A DNA stretch of 64,000 nt, from NCBI RefSeq assembly GCF_006345805.1, contig NC_043001.1, forward strand, positions 68,634,001 through 68,698,000. Direction: 5' to 3'. The first letter of the stretch is position 1, and each line of letters opens with the position of its first letter. The translations under genes were made by a program, and so were the position numbers. Shown here in pieces: positions 49,528 through 61,709 of this stretch. The notes under the pieces were generated by a model. The model was not told where the DNA came from and did not search any database. It worked only from the letters and a program-made list of their open reading frames with translations. Origin of the DNA: Octopus sinensis. Lineage: Eukaryota.

Positions 49528-49563
<36 letters not shown>

Positions 49564-49564
<1 letters not shown>

Positions 49565-49785
49565 TATAACAATAAGGGTTTTGCAACAAGTTGCTTGACC
49601 ACATACCGAAAAGTTTAGAAACAGCAGCTAAAGGACTACTATTTCCTTTTTCTTCAGAAATATGTCTCCACAGACAACAATATTTGTAACTCACATATGC
49701 CATATGTGAGTAGTCCTTTAGCTGGTGTTTCTAAACTTTTCGGTATGTGGTCAAACAACTTGTTGCAAAACCCTTATTGTTATAA
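49564..49785. mobile_element. MITE with 77-bp TIRs and probable TA TSD
   Basis: 49564-49640 and 49709-49785 are reverse complements with 2 mismatches. Non-coding interior. Confidence 0.85.
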
Positions 49786-49834
49786 TTATATAAGTTTTTA
49801 CCGAATATCGTCCCTTTCCATACCGAAATACTAC

Positions 49835-50110
49835 TAGGTGACCGACCAGACCATCAGATGTTGTTACACATCGCTGGTCACAATGCGGTCGCATTGTTTT
49901 AGCCTTCGAATGACGCCACCCCGCTGGCTAAGCGAGCAGGCCAACAGAAGAAAGAGTGGTGAAAGAGTACAGCAGGGATCACCACCCCCTGCCGGAGCCT
50001 CGTGGCGCTTTTAGATGTTTTCGCTCAATAAACACTCACAACGCCCGGTCTGGGAATCGAAACCCCGATCCTGCGACCGCGAGTCCGCTGCCCTAACCAC
50101 TAGGCCATTG

Positions 50111-50115
<5 letters not shown>
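49835..50115 (-). mobile_element. tRNA-derived SINE (family D), apparently full length
   Basis: Minus strand starts 'aggcgcaaTGGCCTAGTGGttagg..ggGTTTCGATTCCcagacc' (A and B boxes), followed by a non-tRNA body. Confidence 0.85.
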
Positions 50116-50173
<58 letters not shown>

Positions 50174-51489
50174 GATATATACAGCGTTGGAGATAACTGA
50201 CCCGACAATAAATCAAAGTTCCATAAATACTGTCTGTAATTCTTGTATTGACTCGAATGGAAAAATGTGTCGCTCAAGAAGGACTTCAGTTTGGACAGTT
50301 TTCATGATGTTTCATATGGTGATACTTTTATTAAATTCATTCTGTTGTGAAACATAAACACATCTTGGTATTAAATGGTTTTGATTTACTGTCAGGTGAC
50401 CTCTGGTCAGCCTTGTATGTGTGTGTGTGTGTGTGTATGTAGAATGTTGAAAAGGAACACACGTGTTGATATATATGGTAAAAATGTCAAGGTAGAAAAT
50501 GCTAAAATAATTTTATAGAAACAGGCAGAAACAAGGAAAATGCCCCTTGTGTTTTTGAACACTATGCAAATATCCTGCCAAAAAAACTTTTCTTTTAATT
50601 TTTCCAAAATTTAATTGTTTTGCAATTGTTTGTAAGAAGCGAAGATGACCAATTTGTTAATAATAAATAATTGTTAACTTCCTTATTTCCATTTTCTTTT
50701 CTGTTTTTAACTTTTTATTTTAGATAGATAGACAAATAGATAGATAAGTAAATATATCTACGTAGGATATAAGTATTTTTAGCTCTGCAAAAAGATTTTA
50801 TTTACCGCCAAGTAACGTTTGCAAGTGCTTAACGTATACATATGCGTGTTTATACTTTTGTATTTTCGTGTGGATTATGAGAGTGTATGTTGTGATACAT
50901 GATGGTGTGTTTCTATGTTGCTAGTGATGTTTCTTGGTATATGTGTTTCAATACGGGAAAGTATTAAAGAAAAAGCAAAAACAAACATTACATGCCGCAC
51001 TGATGCGCATATCGGATTATGAAAACAAAGTTAAAAACAACGACCGTATCGTTTGAATGTCTGTTAAAAGATAAACACTTGTACCTATATAATATTTACG
51101 TTTATCCTCATTCCGCTCCTCTCTCCTGCTCAAAAAACAATATCTAAAGTTATAAGTGTATCAATTTAATATTTCGATTATTCATATAAATACATCAAAG
51201 AAGCCATTCCAGGGTTCAATATAATAAGGCTCTTTGAAATAACTAATGAGATTTTCCGTTTTTTGCATATTTGGGAAATCGAAATTACATTTTGACCAAT
51301 ACCATTTTCATTATAGCATTATATTTCTGGGTTCAAAGACAGAAAAGTTACTCTACGGGTCATTAAAAAAATAAAAATGAAACGGTGTTGATTTCTTTCT
51401 ATGGATTTATTAAAAGATCCTTTTGTAGTATGCGTGGGAAATTTCGACACAACTAAAATAACGAACGCACACAAAGACACGTACATTTG

Positions 51490-51529
<40 letters not shown>

Positions 51530-51787
51530 CCAATTAAGGACTGAACACGAAAAGTGGACAGTCAACATGCTAGATATAGACGTCAATCGCCATTCACACA
51601 AAAGATTATGTTCTCAGATCAAACTCAGCACAAACCATAGCAATAAACAAGTGAAAAATATACGAAATAAAATAATTACCCATGTACTAATTAGTTTCGG
51701 CTGTTATTTTCCGCAAGGAAAACTGCGGCCATCATCAGCATGGTCCGTTATAAATGCAATTTGCTGGACTAGATGCAAACACGATAC

Positions 51788-53520
<1,733 letters not shown>

Positions 53521-54018
53521 CGTATATTGATAAAGTAATATCGTTGTGTATAAGCTAATTTGATGTTAAGCTTAACGCTATTTTATGCACTTGTTTCATC
53601 AATAATATATCGAACAAAGCTTCGTATTTTCTCTTTTTCCCTATGATGTTTGTATGAAGCTCAGCGGTATTATGGATACTACGTCACTAACCGATACTTT
53701 AGGTAATAAACTGCGTGTCTGTAGGTGATTTGTCGTATGAATAGGGGAAAATATTGTATTTGTGTAATTAAAGAAATCAAACAATAAATTGTTGATCATG
53801 TGGTTGTGGTGAGTACACATTTTTTTATTGATCACGGCATTGATTTATTTGTTATTTACCTCATAATTATGACCATTTCAGCCGACCTTTGTAGGATAGG
53901 ATTCGAAATTTCATGTCTGTTCTACAAATAAATCTCTCTTCTCTGTAACAGTTTGCCAGCGTCGAGCTCATCTGTCTCAGACCATCTGCAGAAGACGTTT
54001 GGACTGAAAGAAATAAAA

Positions 54019-54095
<77 letters not shown>

Positions 54096-54174
54096 TACAT
54101 GCATGCATACATACATACATAGATACACACATACATACATACATACATTACATACATATATATATATATATATT

Positions 54175-54735
54175 TCACCACTTGTCTCAGAAATGTACAC
54201 TAAGATGTAGAGTCACTGGGAAGACTCTCCAAAGGAGACAACTCTCTCAGTCTTTGAACATTAATTCTCATCTTTGTTTTCGGTACTCAGCAGCGAGCGC
54301 ATTCAGTGTATGCTGGTGATAATTTTCTGATGAGCTGAGAAGCATCGTGTCGTCTGCTAGTATCAGCCGACCAATCCCACACATACCGATTCTGATACCA
54401 CTCCCACAACGGCTGCGCATATCAATCCAAGTCATTAAAATTATGTAAAAGAGAATTAACAGTTTTTCCCCCATATCGAAGCCTAAACACCTCATTGCAA
54501 ACTTTCGACTCGGAACAAATCACTCAAGCAGAAACGTCTAAGCATTCGTATTAGGACTTCACGGCAATCAGAAATTGTCCATTAGTATCAAACTGGTGTA
54601 AAACTCTCCACAGCATACCTCGCTGTATGCGGTCATATGTCACTTTGAGGTCTACCAGGAAAGCATACGCCTCTTCGCGATGTTCCGACGATTTCTCGAA
54701 GGCCTGCTGTGGAGTGAATGCTACAGACATTTTCA
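54175..54735 (-). mobile_element. RTE RT-domain fragment
   Basis: 'QQAFEKS.E..AYAFLVDLKVTYDRI..LWRVL' and 'GIGRLILADDTMLLSSSE..QHTLN'. Confidence 0.75.
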
Positions 54736-54739
54736 TTAT

Positions 54740-54935
54740 AGTGTCGAAGGAAAGGATCAAATGAAGGCTCTTTAAGCCGAGCCATCTGGCAGGTGCCTTG
54801 AGGGTAGACACTGAATGAGATGGATAATATCTATAATCCCAGTTGGTTACGCTTGAGAACCCAGTCCGGGAGAGTGAGGGATGTTTCTGATAGGACACTA
54901 AGGAGATGCCTGAGAATCTCTAACCACTACCACTC
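54740..54935 (+). mobile_element. RTE C-terminal fragment, inverted relative to the adjacent RT piece
   Basis: 'EPSGRCLEGRH*MRW / DNIYNPSWLRL..DRTLRRCLR' resembles the RPRGRP..W RTE terminus. Confidence 0.55.
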
Positions 54936-55010
54936 TCCCACGAAGTGTGGGTGGAGAAGATGGATATGTATGCATACATATTTAGACACACACACACACA
55001 CACCTATATA

Positions 55011-55041
<31 letters not shown>

Positions 55042-55818
55042 GCAGATAAAATATATATTACCTTTATGACTACATGATTTATACAGAATTGTATACACAC
55101 TCATTCTCACCAATGCATAGAATTTAAACGCTATTACCACACTTACACAGTAAAACAATTTGCAGACCCTTAGTTTGATAAGTAGATAACCCCCTAAATC
55201 TATTTATAAAAAACACAACTAAATATTTCATATTAAACTGTTAATTGATGGGTATAGACTGTGACCAATCACTATTTGCTTTTTGGTAGCAACCGAAGAA
55301 GCTGATCTCTCTATCAGATAGGGAAAGAAACCAAAACCTCTAACATTACACTTTACAAAGCAGTCCACGGACAACCAGAGGAATGTCGTCATAGATACAC
55401 CATGTCTGAATCAAAGACGGATTCGTCAACTCGGAAACGCTTAACATCTTGGGCATGGTGAATCAGGGCGGATCTAGGGGTTATACATTAATAAAGCTAA
55501 ATAAACCATATATCAACGCGCAAAATTTAGAAATCTAGCCATAGTGATATTATTGTAAGCATAGAATACACAGTAAACATAGTAATCATATTAAACATAG
55601 TAACAACGTTTGAAACAATGTTTTCCCCAAATTCTTGTTAATAATGAAAGGCCAAATACAAACGCCGTTAATAGCCATTTCACAAGACGATAACCGTAAG
55701 CGAAATATCGACGTAACAAGAAGCGATGTTGTTCTGAAGCAAATATACAAAATTCTAAAGGACTAATGGAAGAATACAGACAGTAATAATAATAACGAGA
55801 ACAAAAAGAACAAGTTTA

Positions 55819-55855
<37 letters not shown>

Positions 55856-55979
55856 TAATAATGCCGACGTCCTGTTATTAATACAGGACTAAATGAAATG
55901 CAGACACTATACACGTAAACGCATATATGCTAATACACTTACCTTCAGAGAGACACATGTGCACGCGCATGTGTAGATG

Positions 55980-56073
55980 TAGCCATGCTTGCATATATAT
56001 ATATATATATTTGTGTGTGTGTGTGTATGTATATAGATATGCGTGTGCATATATATACATATATACATATATA

Positions 56074-56146
<73 letters not shown>

Positions 56147-56968
56147 AATATGCATATGTATATGAGAGTGTATATGTTACATATATGCCAAATGAAACAA
56201 GAAAATATTTCATGTATTTATGCATGTAAGTACATTGTAATATAACATTAATACAAATACATTAGACGTTAACATATTTACATATCGCTTTTCAAAAAGA
56301 ACGAATTTTTTTGAAAAAAGTTGTCATATAAGTTTACTCCACGTCGTGTATGTATGTATGTGTATATATATATATGTGTGCGTGTGTATTTGTGTGTGTG
56401 ATTGTGTGTACATAGATTTCCATGGCGCATTTCGTTTTCTGCATGTGCTTATAGGAAAATAAATAGCTTTATTTTGTATGTGAAAATAATAATTTCATAT
56501 AAAGTAGGAGTAATAAAGAGCTGTTAACGTCAAAGGTTTCCATTTCATTTCATAATTACTTCTCCTGAAGCAAACAGTAAACAACACTAGTGTAAAAGTC
56601 ATTAAGAGAAGTGTAATAACCATTGAAATGTCTAATGTCTACAGCATTATCTTTTAAATGTTGTAATCAAGTAAGCATGCTGCCTGTAGCTATGGACAAA
56701 CTGTGCAAGCTTAGTCAATATTGAGAAAATGTAATCGTACAAATAACGTTCTATGTAAAATACATACGTACACACACACACACACACATAATATGCTACC
56801 TGTATTATTTATGCATATACACACACACATATATATAAATATATATGTATACACACACACACACATATATATGCATACATACATACACATATATATATAT
56901 GTATTCACATATCTAGATATATATATATATTTATAACATATACAAACATATATATATATATGTGTGTG

Positions 56969-56999
<31 letters not shown>

Positions 57000-57350
57000 G
57001 TGTGCATATATATATGTGTGTCTGTATGTATATTTACGTACGTACAGATATACATAGAGACATATATACACATGTGTGCATCTATATTTGTGTGTGTGAG
57101 TGTATATGTATTGACATGCACACGCCCGTACCACAAAATATGTGCATAGGCAAATGTTCATCGTATACCATTTTCTGCCCTAATATACTTACATTCAAAC
57201 ATATAAACACACATGCACATGCATTTGTGTATATATACGCTACACTATAATGTATTCCTATAGTTTCTAATTGATTTTAAGGAATATTGTTTGTACCAAA
57301 CAGATGTAAACATCATGTATTCGTACATAATAACTGCGTAGATGGATGGT

Positions 57351-57443
<93 letters not shown>

Positions 57444-57541
57444 ATATGTATAAATATATATACATATATTTATGAAGATATATAAAGATACAAGCATGTA
57501 TGTACGCAAATATATATGCATTGATAAATACATACCTCATG

Positions 57542-57585
<44 letters not shown>

Positions 57586-57611
57586 TATATATATACATAT
57601 GCATATATATG

Positions 57612-57654
<43 letters not shown>

Positions 57655-57813
57655 ATATTCATGTATGTATGTATGTATGTATGTATGTATGCATGCATGC
57701 ATGCATGCATGCATGTATGTATGTATGTATGTATGTATATGTACAGCTTCCGCATACATTCGTGTTTCAGTGGAGGAAAAAGGTGCCAGGAAAAGAGTAA
57801 GAGAGAGAGCGAC

Positions 57814-57864
<51 letters not shown>

Positions 57865-57870
57865 ATTAAA
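55980..57870. repeat. Microsatellite-rich block: (TA)n, (CA)n, (TATG)n, (TGCA)n, (GA)n
   Basis: Seen directly. Confidence 0.9.
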
Positions 57871-58114
57871 GTAAGATAGGTAGACAGGTAGATAAAAAGA
57901 CACATAGACAAATAAAATGTAAGTAGACAGAGAGAAACTACAAGACATACAAAGACGTGATCACACGTTTACACACTCAACAATAATCATGAAAGCAATA
58001 AAAAAAAAATGCAAATGCATAGTAATTAATTTTTTTTATTTCCTATTTCTTTTTCTGAACGTATATTTTATTAAGGACAATATAAAACCGTTGACTAGTT
58101 ATAGATGGTAGTGC

Positions 58115-59160
58115 ATGTTATAGGTGGCGAACGCGTACATCGCATCCGTCATCAATTACCGTCTGACCGTCGTGCCTTTTGACCCTACCATCACCAAACT
58201 GGAACGCATACTCTTCCGCCTTTTTTGGAAGGAAAGCGTTCCGATGGCTAGGCGATACATTTGCAATGAACACCCGCTAAATGGAGGGCTGAGCATGCCG
58301 TGGTTGATGATGCGCAGACATGCGCTGAGAGTACATCTCCGGCGCTACATACACGACGGTGAACAGGTATTGTCGCCGTCTGTGAGGCGTGCTTTCCCGC
58401 AGCTTGTTGCTTTGGCCGAACTTCAGTCGTGGATCAAACAGAGACCGAGGCTAGGCGAATGGCACCACAAGTGCCGCCTTGCTCTCAAGCAACTCTGCTG
58501 TCAGGAACCAAATTTATGCGACTTCAATTCTACGAAGGCGTTCTATAGAGGATTAGTAGAGGGGAGATGCGACCATGTTCTCGGGCAGAATCTGGGCGTC
58601 GATGAGGTACACCTGACACGCCTGTTCAGGATAATTTTCGGGCCGAGATCTATGGGCAATCACAAGAGATCCATGGCCTGCCGGTGCTATCGAGAAGCAT
58701 TGCCCGTGCAGGATAAGCTCTATAGCCACGGTTCGAGACACACCGACTTGCCCGAGATGCGATCAGAGCGACGAAACAGTTCTGCATGCACTCGTGCAGT
58801 GTCCAACCGTTTCGGATTTGTAGGTTTATGCCGAACGGCTGCTGTCACGTGAAGGACGAATACGGTTGTCGGCGAGTCTATCGGGAAAATTGCTTCGGCA
58901 CTTTCCCTTAACCGGGAAGGCAAGGCAGTCTTCATTGTACTGGTGGCCATGGTGAAAGAACGTGTGCAGTGGACTCGAGGGAAAGGTTTAGAGACAAACA
59001 CATTCCTCTCTGGCCAATCACTCAACTTTTTCAAGTACCACTTGAAGAGGAAGGTGAGAATAGAGAAGCAAGTTTTGTCTCATGAAAGATTCAATAAAAG
59101 GTGGGTGAATGTATCAAAGATTGTACGCGCGAATGACAAAACCACTTTGGGCACGAAAAC
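58115..59160 (+). mobile_element. Tx1/L1-like LINE, 5'-truncated ORF2 3' end
   Basis: ORF 58124-58852 'ANAYIASVINYRLTVVP..LFRLFWK..PLNGGLSMPWL..REALPVQDKL' is homologous to 61933-63000. Confidence 0.88.
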
Positions 59161-59347
59161 CTCGCTGTCCGAGGTTACCTCTCACTTCCACTAATTACAT
59201 GAGTGACAGCATAATGCTCTCTCACTCACTCTCAAAATCCCCCTTCCTCTCTCTCACTCAAACTTCTCCGCCTCTCTAACAAACAAAAGCGTAGAGTGTG
59301 AACGAACAGGTAGAAGAATAATATTATAGATTTAGTTAAAAAAATTA

Positions 59348-60449
59348 TTGGGTTGGCAACTAATTTCCCACCGTTTTTTAAAATTTTGGAAACTACTTTT
59401 TTTCGAGAATTCTATTTTTGAATCATTTTAGAATCTATTTTATTTTTTCTAATTAATTTTAGTTAAATTTTTTTATTTTCAGGTCATTAAAATGGAATGT
59501 CAAGTTAAGAAAAACGAGCATTTTCGACACCTCCTTTTTGCTTTTAATCAAGGTTTTAAGGCCGCAAAAGCTGCTCGCAACATTTGTGCTGTGTATGGAG
59601 AGGGTGCCATAGCTGAAAGAACTGCTCGTGATTGGTATGCCAAGTTCATAAATGGAAATTTTGACCGCAAAGTCGCACCTCGTTCTGGCCGTCCAGTTGA
59701 CTTCGATGAAGAGCGATTAAACCAACTTTTGCACAAAGATTCTCGTCAAACGACAAGGGAACTGGCAGAGAAAATGGAATGCTCCCACACTGCGATAGAG
59801 AAGCATCTTCACTCGATGGGAAAGGTTCAGAAGTATGGAGCATCGGCTACGCATGCTTTAAGTGGCAATAACAAAAATCAACGATCCACAATCTCCGCTG
59901 GTTTGCTTGCTCGTCACCGCTCAACTCATGGACACAAGCAGCGATTTCTTTACCGAATCGTTACTGGCGACGAAAAATGGTGTCTGTACACCAATATGAA
60001 GCAGCGTAAGGAATGGCTTAGCCCCGGTAAACAAGCGGCACCGCGCGGGAGACACCATATTCTACCGAGTAAAACGATGTTGTGCGTATGGTGGGACTGG
60101 GAAGGAATTATTCATTACGGATTGCTTAAACGGAACCAAACACATGGCTGGGAAGTGCTGTCACACCCACCGTACTCTCCTGATTTGGCACCAACGGATT
60201 TGCACCTCTCTCGACCTCTTTCAAATGCTATGCACGGAGTTTCATTCAATACTGATGCAGAAACGAGATCAATTTTTCGAGTCGAAATCGGGTGATTTCT
60301 ACCAACGAAGTATTGAAAATCTAGTTGAATTTGGGAAGAAGTAGTAAACAAGGGTGAATACATTATTGGTAAATTAGTTGCTATTTTCTATTAAACCTTT
60401 TAAAAAATTTAAATTTAAAAAAACGGTGGGAACTTAGTTGCCAACCTAA
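59348..60449 (+). mobile_element. Mariner (Tc1/mariner) DNA transposon, TIR-bounded, internally deleted
   Basis: Left TIR 'ttgggttggcaactaatttcccaccgttttt', right TIR 'aaaaacggtgggaacttagttgccaacctaa', with TA on both sides. Confidence 0.93.
59492..60295 (+). pseudogene. Mariner transposase, 267 aa, missing the HDNA catalytic segment
   Basis: HTH region, 'RSGRP', 'IVTGDEKW', 'MLCVWWDWEGIIHY', 'HPPYSPDLAPTD'. 'NQT' is joined directly to 'HGWEVL'. Confidence 0.9.
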
Positions 60450-61019
60450 TACTTTTCACTATCAACACATCGTTATTACTTTAGTTTTCAGTAAAATTAC
60501 CATCGTTATTACTATAGTTTTCAGTAAAAAAGCTCATTTCAATTCATTTCAGTTTTGCTGTTTGTTTATGTCTACTTTTTCTGCCGTCGCTGTGTCTTTA
60601 CTCTGACAATAAAAATCTTGTCTGTCTCTCTATCTCCCTCTTTCCCTCCCTCCCTTCTTCACTCTCTCCCCCTCTCTCAGTATATATACCTTCCCTGTCC
60701 ATTTTTCTCTATCTGGCTTTCTTTAATCTCACTACCAGAACGACACCCTCTGTTAAATATTGTATCCTAAATATATCTCTTTCTCTTTACCTTTCCTTTC
60801 CTTCCCCACCCTACCGCTCGTCGTTCACATTCCTCTCTTCCTCTTTTCTTCTCTCGCTCTTCGCCTCTACTTTCAGCTAACCACGTGATGCATTTGGCTT
60901 TAGTGTATCATTATGCCCCCCCTTTTCTTTCTTCTCCACTCACATTCCACCTCCACACTCGCTCACGATTACTCCATCTCACTAACTAAAGTATAATTGG
61001 TGGACGAACACGCAAATTA

Positions 61020-61240
61020 TTTTGTAGATGCTAACAACTTTAGGCAGAGGTCCAGTAGTTTTTGTGACGAGGGAGGTAGTCGATTTCATTGACGGTAGTA
61101 CATCACTGATAAGGATCTTATTATCCCAGAAAGAATGGGAGGTAAAGCCAACCATAGTGGAGTTTAAACTTAGAACGTAAAAACGAACGAAATGTTGCTA
61201 ATCATTTTGTCGGGTGTGCTAACGGTTGTACCAGCTTACT
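61020..61240 (-). mobile_element. Decayed SINE family B
   Basis: 'gtcgatttcattgac..gggaggtaaagccaacc..tttaaacttagaacgtaaaaacgaacgaaatg..gtcgggtgtgctaacg'. Confidence 0.6.
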
Positions 61241-61315
61241 ACCTTCCTGTAATATAAAATATGACTCTAAGCAAGTAAGAAAATTATAAAAATATCTCGT
61301 AAAATAAATCTTTTT

Positions 61316-61528
61316 TTTTTCTTTTACTTGTTTCAGTCATTTGACTGCGACCATGCTGAACACCGCCTTTAGTCTAGCGAATCGACCCCAGGACTTATTA
61401 TTTGTAAGCCCAGTACTTATTCTATCGGTCTATTTTGCCGAACCACTAAGTAACGGGGACATAAACACACCAGCATCGGTTGTCAAGCAAGGCTAGGGGG
61501 ACAAACATAGACACACAAACACACACGC

Positions 61529-61561
<33 letters not shown>

Positions 61562-61703
61562 TACTACGGGCTTCTTTCAGTTTCCGTCTACCAAATCCAC
61601 TCACAAGGCTCTGGTCGGCCCGAGGCTATAGTAGAAGACACTTGCCCAAGGTGCCACGCAGTGGGACTGAACCCGGAACCATGTAGTTGGTAAACAAGCT
61701 ACT
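61316..61703 (-). mobile_element. SINE family A, near full length: tRNA-like head, internal (TA)n/(CA)n, CR1-like 3' tail
   Basis: Head '..ggttccgggttcagtcccactgcgtggcacc'; tail 'ggtgttcagcatggtcgcagtcaaatgactgaaacaagtaaaag'. Confidence 0.88.
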
Positions 61704-61709
61704 TTATTT

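Noticed and set aside
50040-50115. tRNA gene
   Set aside because: A/B boxes are present but the acceptor stem is not closed and it continues into a SINE body.
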